DNA of 64,000 nucleotides, from contig OZ316893.1 of the NCBI GenBank assembly GCA_973895155.1, positions 19,162,857 through 19,226,856 on the forward strand, in the 5' to 3' direction. Under the pieces are notes generated by a model, which was not told where the DNA came from, did not search any database, and saw only the letters and a list, made by a program, of their open reading frames with translations. The position numbers were made by a program, and so were the translations under genes. Below are positions 1 to 13,847 of this stretch, in pieces. The stretch comes from Marsupella aquatica (lineage: Eukaryota > Plantae > Marchantiophyta). Every line of letters begins with the position of its first letter. Position 1 is the first letter of the stretch.

Positions 1-1058
1 AACATTATTTCAGTACTCGTGTGATGCATTAAATTTGTATTATTGGTACCAAAGATGATGTGCACCCAAAGAGGCATGGAAAAGACTTATTAGTGTCCGT
101 GCCAATAGTGTCTGCACGAGGAGATGGACAATAGTTGAAAGATAAGCCCCAGGAAACCCATGCGGTTCGTACCTATAGTAGCAACCAGCCAGCGGCACTA
201 AAAGTTTAACGGGAAGGTCTGCATTGAGTGCAAACGTCCAAATCGATCACTTCCAGTAATCACACCTGCCAATAGTCGACCTTGTACAAGGGGAGGACTG
301 GGAGACAGAGATACCATCCTGTAATGGCATCAATGCTCTCCAAAAACAAAAGGTAGTTGAAGTGGGTGTTAATTGCTAAATTGGTTTTAGGCCAAAACGA
401 CCTTTAGCATCTGGGCAGAAGGAAATTTGTCTTCGCCTATGTGGACTTGCAGTATATTGCTGTTTTAATAAATGAAAAAGCTACAGCAAGCGGCCTGAAC
501 AGAGTATCATCAATAATCCTTTCCTTTGGAAGAGATCTAGGATTATCTCCATGAACAGACACGCAGATAATTAGGGGATTCAGGATGGTACCCGTCATAT
601 CAATAGTCGAAATACAAGCTCTACGTAAGTCCCCTAGGTAGGGAGTAGGCAAATGCAAGAATTCAGACGATCTATGTCATAACTCCACAACTTCAAACGT
701 TTGCTGATCATAACCTTTTCTTAAGGAACCCTTACAGACAAAAGCTGCGCCACCACCATTTAAACCCATTGTGTGAATTCGGGTCAGGACGAGTGGTGGC
801 GTAGTTGTCAATTTTTTTCTCAACAACTGCACCTAAGTTTCAATTTCTATTTAGACTCCCGAGCGCCAGATGATGGAGCTGAGTACCCTACCGAAGTTAC
901 ACCTTACAAGGGAATCAAAATATTGGCTTGTAATCTAACGTTTCCACCCAGAATAACTTGTGTGAAGTTCAGTGACAAAGCATGCGTGGAAATACTGCGT
1001 CCACAGAACTAAGCAAAGACATTCCTTTTCTCCTGGTCATGATCCATGTTCCAAGACA

Positions 1059-4000
1059 TTAGCGCACTTGGACTATGCCAGCACTAACAAGCTTTTGTAT
1101 CTTCCCCATCACCATAGGATTCTTCATATGCTCTTGAGCGGACTTGGGATTCTCTTGGAAATCTGTCAAGACCTGTTCAACGCAAAGCACAAACTCCAGC
1201 TTCAATACTCTTAAGGACCTTCACTGTGAGGGTATGCCCATCAGCTACATCAACAGGACTACCGCAAAAGTCAGGTCTAGTACATTACTTCATGGGTGTA
1301 ATCATATAAGATACCGTTCCTAATATTTCAACTTTCGGCCCCAGTCCAGAATCGATATGAAAACTTCACGCAACCAGCAAGTTAAGAATGAGAAGACCTC
1401 AGAATCCAGATGAGCAGCTCATTGTGTCCACAGCGAGGACTGTGAACACAGCAATCCATGGTCAGGATATTACCTGTCTCATGACAGGATCTGATAAAAT
1501 TTGCTGAATTTCTGGGTCTTGCATTGCCTTGGCCTGTACAAAAGACGGCCAAAAATGTCAACAGAGTTAGTACTCCGAAGCACATCATGATTGGATTCAG
1601 CAGGGAAGAAAGCTGATCGGCGCAAGCAAGACCCTAGCTGCTTTTAATCATTTTGGTCAAGAAATAGATCCAAGGATTAAAAAACATTCAACTAGTTTGG
1701 AAAATAAATTTGAAACAAGACAAAAACACTTTTACTCATTTCATTACCAATATTCTCATTTAATCGAGACGTTAGCAACACATTCTCTACTTCTTGAAAC
1801 GCACAAACTTCAGTTCACACCGAGCTCCACTGCTAAAAGTAACTTGAATAGTAGAGAAAGTACCTGTCTCTCCTTCAGGTCTTCAGCACTAATATCGCCT
1901 CTGTTAGTTTTGTTAATTTGCTCTATGCATCTGCCACCCAGCCCCCAAAACACATGTTACTTTACTGAACGCAAAGCAGCATAACGATGCACCTGAACTT
2001 CAATGGAAGTCACCTTTTACTAGAAGTATACCCGTACATGATGTTACTATAACGATAAGAAATTGTTACATTGTGCCTTGAAAATTTTATTCTACTTAAC
2101 TTCAACATGAATCTATGCGCAGAAAACAGTCCAAAGAGATGAAGCGATGTTGGGATGATCAATTGAGCCACCACATTTGATATGCTACTGAGGTTTCATT
2201 CTAAAACAACTACAGAAAATACGTGGTCAAGATTAAAAACACCAACCTGCGTGCACCATCCAGAAGCTCTTGGTTATCCTTCTCGTGAGTCAGTCCAGTC
2301 TGCCATCACAAAGGTCACTATTATTTAGCTGGCTTCCATATCAGTCCCCAATACAGGCCTACGGTGGGAAGAGCTAAAGAAAATATCAGCAGTTGACTTG
2401 TCAATGCACATTTCTTCCAAATTTTGGTTTACGATCATAGATTGAATTAGATAAGCCGGGGAGGTAAAGGGGAGTCCTTTTTCCGTTACTGAAACTACAT
2501 AATACGCACTCTCACCAGAAATCTGATGAAAACATTTATAATGACAAAGGGATGAGTCATAATTTCATGCTGAAGTGGCACGAAAAGTGCAGAAAAACTC
2601 CGCCATGCACAACTAGTTCTAACAGCCGCCAAATCTCACAAGAGTGTGTTTCAAATAAGGAACAGTTACTGACCTGGTATGTCTCTAGAGCCTTATCATA
2701 CTCCTTCATGAAGAACTGCACTGTGCCCTTGCGCGAATACCCTTTAACAAAAGTTGGGTCAATCTCAATACACTTGTCTGCATCTTTCAAACCCTCAGGT
2801 AGTGCTCCAAGCTTCGTGTAGCATGCCGCCCTATTGCTGTAAGCCTTCACATCGCAGCAACAATGTCAGTTAGAATGACCTGTACAGGTCTTGTTTTCAG
2901 CAGTATGCATGCTAGTGAGTGAGAACTCATACCTGCCCAACTCCAAGCGTAAAGACGAAAGGAAAGACAACAAAAGAAACGCACGCAGATGCCCATTTAT
3001 TACCTTGACATCTTTTGGATTCCGTTTGATGGCTTCATTGTAACCTTTGATAGCTTCAGGATACTGGGCTTTCTTGAAAAATTCGTTGCCTGCAAAATGG
3101 CGCATGACAGATCATCAAAAATTATCCTAGGTTCGTTACAACACGGCATTTTGGGCCGTTGAGATACGGTTTAAAATGAGACAACTTTTCCAAAATGACG
3201 ATGTGACAATGCAGCAAGCCACCAATGGTTCACTCTTGCATTCAATCTCAACTAGTCACTGATATCAAGAACACCCAGAATCCAATGATCCATGTGCCAA
3301 CATCGATTACTAAGGGCCGCAAGAAACTCCAGTAAAACCATTCTCATAACATAAGGAGCCAATTTACTGTTTCGACACTTCCATTACTGGCATCAAGGTC
3401 ATCGACCTGAAAGTCCCACTCAGATCTAAAGGGATTGGACGATTCAGGAAAGACCTCCGTAGGATATTGTTGCAAGACAGTAAAAAGCAGTCTGAGAGCA
3501 CAACTTACCTTTTTCCCGCTCTTCATCTGCTACCACTGGATCAAAATATTCCTGTTGCTCCAATTCTTTCTTTGCTCGCTCGGCATCATTCAATCTTTTC
3601 AACGTGTCTGGGTTACGGTGTTCAGTGAGTGCTTTGTTGAAGGCTTCTATAGCGGGTAAGTAATCTTTCGAAATTTTGGCCATTTTGACATAAGCAGTTC
3701 CTTTCCGAGTCAAAGCCCGTGCAATAATCTTGAAATCCGCACGCACTTCTCTGCCTCTCTCAACAGCCTTCTCACAATCATTGATAGCTTCCTCATACTG
3801 CAACCGATGAGCAAAGACATGGTCAGGAATATTTTTCAATTTCCTCCTCCACAGTATACACCTATAGCGCAATGCCTGTTTTAATGGTAGAGGGCTTGAT
3901 CCAGAGAGGACACTCCAAAGGTTCTTTCTCTATCTGCAGTAAGGGCACCGTGGTTCTTGGTTTCCTAAATTAACCTGCCGTTACAGTTCATGTACACATT

Positions 4001-5242
4001 TTTCGATGTAGAAGACCTCGACAAAATGTAGCTCGGACCTAAAGAGTCAAATGTTAGTTCCCCAACCCAGATCGGATCAAACTCTGCATCACATTTCACG
4101 AGGTTCAAGAACGTTCTAGGCTACCATAGTTAAGCTACCAGTCTAATCTGAAGGGATCAAAAGGAGCTTAGGGTTTAGGGTTTAGGGATCCAAAAACCAT
4201 CATACACTTCCATTATTCCAACTCATTCATAAACAGATATTCATTTCCAGCCCGGGAGGATAAACTACGGGGGAGGGCAGAAGGAAGCGCGTCCTACCTG
4301 ACCCATTTCCAGGTAAACAGCCGCTCTGTTAGTTAGGTACGAGATATCCTCGTCATCCAACTCGAGAGCCTTAGTGTAGTGCTCGATTGCTTCCTGGAAC
4401 TGTTTCTTCTTGTAAGTCTGGTTGCCCAACTCCTTCTCCTTGAGTGCCTCAGCCTTCTTGTCCTTCTTTTCTTTCTCTTCACTTGAAATCTCCATTGGCT
4501 CTGGTTCTGGTTCGACTGGAGCTGACTGCGGTTCCCTACTTGATGTCTCTGCTGGCTTTGGCGGGGAAGACCGATCTGTCGTGGCAGGAAAATCATCGGC
4601 AGCAGCACTATCATCATCCCATTTTCCGCTCTCCATATCTTCCTTCGACGGAGTTTGAATATTGACCCCGAGAAGAACGCCCAAAACTTGCATCATCCTC
4701 GGATCACTGATATACCGATTGAGGTTGTTGGGATTTCTTTGCACGTCCTGAAGCATTTTGACGAAATCTGGTTGTGCTAGCAAAGTTCTAGTTCTAGGGT
4801 CTGTCTGAATCTTTGCCCACACCTCAGGGCCCTGAAAAATATTGGCGAATGGCGAACCCCCGGCCCCAATAGGCGGGGCTTTGGCGTTGGCACTGGCCGC
4901 CTGAGCATCCGAGAGTCCTGATTTCAAGGCCTCATTGCTGGGATCAAGCTTCAATCCATCCTTGTAGGCCGTAACAGCATCATCAAACTTGCTGAGGCCC
5001 ACATAGGCAGCCCCGAGCCTACTGTAACCTTTACTCCAGTCCGACTTTAGCTCTACCGTCTTCTTGGCATCAGAGAGGGCCTCAGAATACTTCTGGACAG
5101 ACGCATAAGACGCGGATCGGTTCGAGTAGAGGACATGATTTTCGGGCGCGAGAGATATTGCCGTCGAGAAGTGTTCTATGGCTTCCTCATACCTGCCTGC
5201 TGAAAAAGCTGAGTTTCCTTTCGCTTTCGCATCGTCTGCCAT
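1059..5242 (-). CDS. HOP: Hsp70-Hsp90 organizing protein (HOP/STI1), ~594 aa; exons 5242-4298, 3797-3509, 3089-3004, 2844-2674, 2299-2247, 1930-1864, 1533-1474, 1172-1059
   Basis: TPR1 (MADDAKAKGNSAFSAGRYEEAI..YSNRSA), DP1 (DPRMMQVLGVLLG), TPR2A/2B and DP2 (AMQDPEIQQILSDPVMRQVLTDFQENP..KLVSAGIVQVR*). All introns are GT-AG and phases sum to 1785 nt. Confidence 0.96.
4168..4187. repeat. Interstitial plant telomeric repeat / telo-box cluster in the first coding-region intron of HOP
   Basis: TTAGGG TTTAGGG TTTAGGG read directly. Confidence 0.7.
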
Positions 5243-6781
5243 CGCTGGGCTCCCTTCTACAACTCTTCAATGCTCCCTGCCAACAGCTTATCAAATCAAC
5301 CCATATCCCTAAACTTACGTCGCGATAAGTATAACAGACAAGAACAAACACGAAATTTTTTTAACGGGCACCATCCCGACAAGATGCATAAGTTTGACAG
5401 AATCGTCTAGCACAGAAATATAACAAATCCTCTTCTCTCCAGCTTTCTTAAACAAATCAGGAGACTACTAATTCAGACCAGTATCGGTGATACAAAGAGT
5501 ACCTGTTGTACCTATCCTTAGAAACAACATCCGCTCTGACCTTCAACCCAGCCCCACCCAACTCGAAAACGATCTCACGATGAAAAGCATTTACCAAGCA
5601 GATAACCACATCAAACGCAATTCGCAGTACGGACGCTAACTGTACACGAAGAGGGCTCTGGGTAGAAACAAGTACTATATGGAAAAGAAAAAAACAAATG
5701 CAGGAGAGATGAACGTCCAATCCACTGGCCGAGGAGGAAAACCTTAAATCATGGGATGATGGACACTGCCGGATTCAATATTGATTCAGGACCCAGAGAC
5801 ACTACATACCAGTAGCTCTTTCGAAAAGGAGGTGAAAAATCTCTATCAGAGGTAAAACCCATGCCCAACAATGACCTCTTGGCGACCAGAAGATGCAAAG
5901 GATACATTACTACTCAAAAGATTACAATGGTCTGACTCCTTGACGTCGTCCCTAGGATGGAGAGCTACTGGACAATAGAAACTGGGACTGGACAGTAGTA
6001 ATCTGGGACTGCCTTCTTGTCTACGTAGATTACCGAAAAGGAAGCTCACGTAAGAGCTCCCAAATTGTCATCGCGTAATTTACTTGTTTCCTGAAGAACA
6101 ATGCGAGAAAATAAAATGCTAGTGGAGGACCTCCATCAATAGATTCCGGTTTGTAATACACCATTAATATTTCTTTTCCTGGTAGTAGCGCAGCCTTCTA
6201 CAGAGAATTCCTTCAACCAGAACGCGCAAGATCTAAGAAAGAGCTCCACTCACCTCTCGTTCCCTTTTCCGTTCAACCTTTTCTCTCACCTTCCGCTCAA
6301 CCTTCCGTTCAACCTTTTCCAAGCGGATTTTCGTTTTTTAATTACGCCGACAGGGAAAAAAACAGGAAACCACAACCTTCGTTTCCAAGTCACGGAAGAC
6401 TTTCACACAGGAAAGGGAACTGGGGAGACATCAAAGAAAGCACACAAACGGTTTGAACCACGAAACAAACGAACTCACCAGAACGGAAGCGCGGTCCGCC
6501 AAATTCTCTTCAGCTTAGGGGAAGAAGACAGCCAGATGTGAGCAGCACTGGAGCACCGGCGGGAGCAGCTTCAGCAGCAGGGGAGGAGCGCCGTAAGCCG
6601 GAGGAGAAGGAGGAGACATTTGAAGACGGAAGAGGGAGCCAAACGAATGAAGAGCGAGCCTGGCCGCACGGCAACGGAATCGAATCACGTCTCCCTTTCC
6701 CCTCCTGCTGACGGAATAATAATAATTATGATCTCCGTGAGAGCCCTGAAAAACGGATGCAGATGCCGTTCCAAGCAGCCA

Positions 6782-6933
6782 ACTCCGGAAGCTTGTAGAA
6801 GGCTCCCCTCCCGGATGGGTCGAATCAATGGAACGCCTCTGTCTGCTTCCTCGGCTCCACAGTGCTCTGCTCGTGTGCGTCCACAGTACTAGTAGTTTAC
6901 TCTCTCGCCCTTCGGCTCTCGGTCATTCTAGAA
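6782..6933. promoter_or_regulatory. Putative heat-shock elements upstream of HOP
   Basis: Alternating imperfect nGAAn/nTTCn units aCTCcgGAAgcTTGtaGAAggCTCc (6782-6806) and TTCtaGAA (6926-6933); HOP genes are typically HSF targets. Confidence 0.5.
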
Positions 6934-7185
6934 GAACGCCCCACCGAACTCGCGTTGCCCTAATCCCATCGCTTGTCTACGTAGTACGTGAACAGACGTG
7001 GTATGGGTCCCAGACAAGCGTTCTGTGCCCTCCGCTACCATAGTCCGGTCTACGGGTCTTCTGTACGTGGTTTGTGAACACTGCTTTGATCACCTGCTCA
7101 GGTCATGTCACGGTGGCCTCCACTTTGGCAAAAAGTAGGTAATACCAGGCCATGTGGGCTTTTCGACTTTTAGGCCCTTGCTTTG

Positions 7186-7392
7186 TATATATCAAAGTGC
7201 CATAGGACAAAAAAGTTACACTGGGAGACAGGTCCCAAAGGCACAGCAACCCAATAAAAGGGAAGGAAACAAAAGAGGAAAAGGCCCTTGTTTTGTCCTG
7301 GTTTTTCCTTTGTTTTCACTAGTTATTGGGGTTTTTGTGTTAGAGATCATTTCTCCCGGGTTTGTTGCTTTTGTTCCTTTGCACTTATTTAT
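7186..7392. repeat. Imperfect inverted repeat (fold-back), probable DNA-transposon terminus/MITE; one arm recurs at ~24190-24282
   Basis: atcaaagtgcca..gggagacaggtcccaaagg..cccaataaaaggg pairs with ttattggggtttttgtgttagagatcatttctcccggg..tttgcactt; a similar arm lies at 24.2 kb. Confidence 0.5.
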
Positions 7393-10302
7393 ACTAAATC
7401 TACTTGGGGTCAGTCCAATGTTTTGTCCAGGGTTCACAAAGGCCCCCAATGATGAAATTATAGGTAGCCTTTGTGAACTATGGACAAAACATTTAATATT
7501 CTAAGTATTGTAATATAATACTGATTATCAATCAAATGGGTACATCATTTGTTTCATTCTAGCCTTGTGCCAAACACATGAAAATAATTACACTGTGGTT
7601 CACGAAGGGCAAACCCCTAATGCAGAAACGGTCACTTTTCAGAGTGAGTTAAAGTTATAATGGAATCCAATCATAATGGGATCCAAACCCATTATAACAG
7701 CTTCAGAAGAGATCTCCAAACCTTTCAACTCTGTATGAAAGTTAACTCTTTTACACTAAATCCATGTCATTCTGGCATGAAATGTATGTTTCATGCCATT
7801 TTTGGTTTTTGAGAAGTTTTCATCCTTGTTTTGAAATGTCATGTGCGGGGTCATGTGAGATGAAAACTATGTCACCACTTCAATGACAAACACCACTTCA
7901 CAATCTATATTGTCTCACCCTAGGGTAATAGATTGTGATGGGATCTAGAACCATGACATAATCAGATTTTTTTTATTAAATCATACCATGGGAGTCTTTT
8001 GGACAAACAATTTAGTCCATGGGGGCTTTTGATTCTATTTTTTGTGGGTGGCCATTTTAATTTCTATGTTAAACAATTGAAATCAACTCCATCCACCTCT
8101 TAAAACATTGTATGAACTGGTTACCAAATGCAAATCTAGCGGAAGCCTCCCTGGCCTTTGCAATATGGTGACATTTTAGTCTTAACCATAAGATGGACCT
8201 AGCACTGTGCACCTTTTCTACATTTAACCATTGTGCACCTTTTCCACAACCCCTCATCCCCTACAGTGTGTGTTGAGCATTGACAACATTCACAACAGCA
8301 TGCCCACAACCATCCAACAATCAAGTAATTGACATATAGAGAGATACATGATTCACCTCCTCATGAGACTACATCCACAGGAACACACAAGGCTTTACAG
8401 CACTCTAGGTCGACTGGCCATACCAAGCATCCATAGCACAAGCTCTCCCTGTCTTCCAACTGGCTCCATAACAATGAGTCTGAGTTCCCTCTATCCAAGC
8501 AAACACCGCTTGGGTATAGTGTGTGCACAGCATTTCCGGCTGCCTGGGCATCTCACTTATACTTGACAACACTTCCACTCAACATCACATTTTTTGACAA
8601 TACGTTGCAAAGCATGGGCATGGGGCGATTATGCCCATAAAGATAGGGGATTTGACACTCAACATCAATTTTCATTTGTGTGTTTGACTATAGTAAATGA
8701 TGCATTATCAACATGAGAATGTGGGCCACATAAGCCCCCCACCCCCAGAATGTGAGCTTTATCTTGTGTTTTGAAGGTCTATGCACTTGTAATAGGTGTT
8801 AATACACTATTAATACAGTTAAAGGCCTAAGAAACTTTTACTACTAAGGAAGAGAAGTAAAAGTCTGGGTCCTCACTTCTTTTTTTCCGGCCCATTGTGC
8901 ATGAATAAGTTAGGGTTTTTAATTCAATTGGGCAGAAGACTTTAAATTTGTTGTTGAAGACCTTAGGGGTGTTTTCATTTGATTTAGAGATTAGAAGAAT
9001 GATAGAGTTTTAATACCAAGATGGGAATATTCCATAAAGTTAGGAGTTAAATAGTTATTTTCTTAAGTTTTAGGGTTTTGTTACTTGAAAACTTTGTGCG
9101 TGATACAGGACCTCCCCTTGGAGTGAGGCCCATGAGAGTAAAAGTAGAAGAGAAGAGAATTGCATAATAGTAATAGTTGGATAGTAATAAATGATCACTC
9201 CCTGTCCGTCATGTATCAAAATATCACCAGACTTAGTTGTCCATAATGCCCTTGAGTACTCCCACAATGTTGCAAAAACATGCAAGATTTAAGAAGGATA
9301 TATACGAGGCAAATCCAGGCTGTAAATTGTATATTTAAAAATCCAACTCCCTACAATTTGGTGCAATAATGTCATTGTTTTGTGCAAGGAATAAAATTTA
9401 AAGAATGATTGAAGTTTCAGGTGATGCTTGACCCATTCAACCCTGGAAAAGACAGGGAGTATTAAGTGTTACCTTTGTCCAACACTTGAATTCTTACCAT
9501 TATTCACAAGTGTTAGCCAATCCTACAGTTCAAGACTTAAACCCATTATTTAGCTATTAGCAATGTTGAAATGTTAATGGCATTCAATCCACAACAAAAA
9601 AGATAATGCCCTGAGAAGATGTATGTTTCTAGAAAACAAGTTTCTACCTCTGAGAAACTAGCTCACAATAGACCTATCCCTAAATTCATGACTTGTGCTA
9701 TTTTTTCAACCAGAACTTTCCTTTGTGCCACTTTTTGACAAGAACGAGCCACCAGTCGCCCGCTTAAGCAAGTTTGTGGATAGGTTCGTTTTAAAAGCTG
9801 TTTGTAAACCTTGCACAAAACAGTCACGGCCTTTGCAGATAGGTCTAATGTGGGAAGTTTTATATGCGTATTCAAAGACTGCATCAGTATTTATACCATC
9901 TTGCCTTTAACAGTGCTCTACATGAATCAGGGTTTTGTTGAGGAGCCAAACAATAGGTGCTGATTTAGAGTTGTGATTAAAGAGTTCCCTTCTTTGAACA
10001 TTAGAAAGTTGTACACTACCATAGGTAGCACCACTTCTTCAAATCAATACCTCCTGTAGTGGGAATCCAAGCGAACAGGGGCAGTAAAATAATAGGTCAT
10101 TAAAGATATCCCCAAACCAGGAAAAAATGTTGGTTGACTTGGTTTGGGGTTAGGGCAGATACATGTTGAGCTAAAATTGTCATTAACTATGGTGAGGACT
10201 TTGAAGGGCTGTCAACCAAAGGAGGGCCAAGACTTTTGATGGCCTGAGAAACCTTGATCCAAACTTCTCATGTTGCTTTGCATGAAGCCAGTAGTAACAG
10301 GC

Positions 10303-10830
10303 CAAGTCACACTTGCATTGGGCTAGCCAGTGTTACCCCTAGATCTTTAAAAACTTAGTTGACTTTACGAATATCTAAATTGTAATGGCATTTGAGGCTT
10401 ATTTCAAATTTAAAGACAGATTGCTGAATTTTGTCTAAGATCAATAATTAGTGGATAGAAGTAAAACTTTGAATCAGCAAACCTATCCGAAGGACTTCTT
10501 TGTGCATGAAACTGGAGAAGAGCATTTGAAACAATATAAATCAGGTTTTGCATTTTGCAAGTCACACTTGCATTGGGCTAGCCAGTGTTTACCCTTAGAT
10601 CTTTGAAACTTAGTTGACTCTATGAATATCTAAATTGTATTGGCATTTAAGGCTTATTTCAAATTTAAGGACAGATTGCTGAATTTTGTGGCAGAATGTG
10701 GCGAAAAGTGTAAGATCAAGAATTCGTGGATAGAAGTAAAACTTTGGATCAGCAACCCTTTCCGAAGGGCTCCGTTGTGCATGAAATTGGAGAAGAGCAT
10801 TTGCAACAATCTAAATCAGGTTTTGCAATT
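10303..10830. repeat. Tandem duplication, two ~255-270 bp units
   Basis: caagtcacacttgcattgggctagccagtg...tcaggttttgca occurs starting at ~10303 and ~10558. Confidence 0.85.
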
Positions 10831-11410
10831 CGTGGTAGAGTTTGGAGGAACCTGACGCAAGGAACAGGACTAAAAATCATTAAAACTTACAATTGTCATA
10901 TTACGGCATCCCGTAGGGCATCCCTTGTGACAAGAGCAAGGAAAGTTCCACAGAACTTTTTGCAAATTAAAAACTCCTCTGCATCCACTCTCTTCCAACA
11001 CATCTGAAACTGGACTATACACCTCAATTGTTTTTGATATTCCGCAAAAGATGAGTACCATAAAACTTTCTGAAGGTTCTCAAAAGTAATACTCAGGAAG
11101 AACAGTTCGGAGACCCAGAACCGTCTTCCATTCAACCAGGAAGGCTTTGCTCTTGGCACTGGCGCGACAAGAATACAGATCACGCTTCGTTTCCACTGTG
11201 AGATTGCCTTCAAGGGCCACACGTGAACAGAATTCGCTCAAACAATGTGCTCCACTTTCCCATGAAAATGGATACTAGTGAATCTAGTAGCCTTCGTGCC
11301 TTTTACATCACACTAGAGTCATTGATCTAGAGAATTACAAGCTCAAAGGGCCCAACCACGCTACAAAACTGGCCCTGAAGCAGTTGATACAAGCCTTCAC
11401 TGCACGCAGC

Positions 11411-13847
11411 CTACGATGGTTCCTCAACTTCGTTTGCAGTCACTAGCGCTTCTTTAAGTATTTGTTGCACCTCTTTTAGTCGTAAACGAGCAAGGGCGAT
11501 GCAATCCTGAAACAAATTTAAAGAGTTAAAAAGCTTCCTGTGATTCAATTACCACGAATTGCGAGAATAGGGTCATAGGACTGGTGGACATCAGACAAGG
11601 ACAACGACAAGGACGACGACACAGGAAAAAGTTGAAGTTGTTGGTCACAAGCTTACTCACCACATTCTATTGTATTCCACTAGAAATTGGAAAGCAAAAC
11701 AAATAATACCTGGACAGTTGATGTAGTCGCCAGGATTGAACCACCAGGCTTATACATGGAAATAAGCTTGCCAGCGGCATCCACCACAACTGTGAATGTT
11801 GTATGAAGAACAGCTTCCTCCTCAGCAGTAGGGTCCGCTAACAAGTACTTCTTATGAAGCATACAAGTAAGTGCTACAGGAACTGCTCCCAGCTTCAAGC
11901 TTCTTTTGGCTTTCAATGTCAACTCATCTTGTGAGGTGCCTTTCATCATTCCTACTTCATCTAATGCACTTTCAGCCACGTCCATTGTCTGGTCTGTGTT
12001 TCCTGAAACTCTTTGAACTTTGCCGTCGTCATTGATAGACACGGCGGGTATTTGCACTGTATCAAACGAAACATGCTAATTCGTAACTCAAGCATCTAGA
12101 GAGCGGGTTTTCATTGTTTCAAGGCTGATTGAATGCACGAAAATTCAGTAAGCGAGGTTTCTCGCGCATCCCTTGAGCAAAAAATTATTCATGTTGGATT
12201 ATGGAAAGATAAGCACCATCTGTCTAAAACCGTTTCAATATCTTGTTTAAACATGGCTGACATCAAGTCAAACGGACATAATCTGCAGGGAAAGCTTGTT
12301 GTACAGCCCAGTCATGTACTTACAGTTTGCAAGGGCAGCAACACATGCCAGCATTGCAGCATCAAGCAAAGATCCATCAGCGTCCAAGCAGTAAATGTCC
12401 TGCACTCAAGACACAAAAGCAACAAGAACTCAGAGAATTGCTTGTTTGTTCCCTCATTACTATACCAGGATCTTCAAATGCTTCTGGAACAAAACACTGA
12501 AAGTGATGAAAGAGCGGATACCAAACAAGCCAACCAGGCCGCCTTGCCACTTGTTATAGAGAGCTCCCGCAAGTTCACGAACTCGGAGCTGCAAGGATGG
12601 TACTTAAACATAAGACAAAAGCCTTTCTCAGACTGAACATTCGCGGAAAATTGTCGAGATGATTCCACTTACTTCACTGTGAAATATATACAAATTGCGG
12701 TGCCACTGTCACTTAGAAAGAATATGATGACTAGCACATACCTTGCTAGAGCGTTAGAGAGTTGCTCGTTGATTACACATACAGCTTCGATAGGCCTGCC
12801 AGGCCGAGCATGAGGAGAACAGATCGGTGGCATCTGAAAGTCTACCGCTGCATTGCTTCCCATCACAGCCAGAACACAAAGTTTTACTATCATTTTCAAG
12901 CTCCCAGAGTGACATGCACACATGCTTTCTCGGTTACGATGGAGACTACACATGTTTGGAGCGGAAACTCCTGACACTGCAGTAAGTCATAGATCGGAGT
13001 AGGCAAGAGCACGTCACAAGAGACAGAAGCAAGAGGCAACTTAATTCCTTCCAAATCTACGATGACAGGGTATGAAAAGCTACCAATACGGCCTTCATCT
13101 GGTGTCTCCACAGAAGGGACAAACACCTCCAGTTTTACCCCGGCCAACATTGTCTGAACAATTCGAGAAAAGCAGGTTAGAATAAGCAGAACAACTAGGG
13201 CAAAGGTTGGACAGTGTCACCCGAGAAAATCCAAGAAAGATGGTCCAAGGCAGTCTCCGATGCAAAAACAGCATCTGGTGAAGACCCTCTTGTATTAAGT
13301 CCATGGAGATGTGAGTAAAATTCGTCATTCATGCTATGCTACTAATATCTGTGAGTTCTACGCACATCTGTGCGAGTTGAAACCTTCAAGATGGCCAGAA
13401 CCCACCTGAACCTGCAAAGGATTATTGAACCATAAATTGGGTTCTTTTAGCCCTAGGAACGGAAACTGCAATCATTCATTGGACAAATGAAAGAGCCAGC
13501 CTTACCGTATTTCCGAGTTTGACCAAAGCTGATCCATCGGTAGTGGGCACCTGACCTGCATGCAACCATGAATCATGAACCGAAATGAAAACCCGAATTG
13601 CAAGAGTACGACAGAAGAAACTAGACAAAACCCTAAACCTTAAACCCTAAACCCATGATGGTATCCTAAAAATTGTTCAAGGGCGAACCTACGGAGCGTT
13701 TAGCAGAAGGACCAAGTTTTGCCCACCAAGAGAGATATCTGTGGGGCGCGCACGTCCCAAAGGTCGTCCGTCTGGTCGGACAGAAGAATCTAAGTAGCGC
13801 TCGATGTATTGCGTCGGAAACAGCCTTCGAAAGGCATCCGCTTCCAT
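11411..13847 (-). CDS. RRP43: Exosome complex component RRP43 (RNase PH family), ~310 aa; exons 13847-13727, 13555-13506, 13153-13084, 12847-12742, 12588-12522, 12399-12324, 12056-11710, 11506-11411
   Basis: MEADAFRRLFPTQYIERYLDSSVRPDGRPLGRAR, GSALVKLGNTTMLAGVKLE, DIYCLDADGSLLDAA, LADPTAEEE, YKPGG. GT-AG introns, 933 nt in frame. Confidence 0.92.
13627..13654. repeat. Telo-box cluster (AAACCCT)n in RRP43 intron 1
   Basis: aaaaccctaaaccttaaaccctaaaccc read directly. Confidence 0.7.

Noticed and set aside
8060-8620. Cys-rich minus-strand translation resembling a transposase remnant
   Set aside because: No continuous frame or diagnostic motif could be recognised by eye; needs BLASTx
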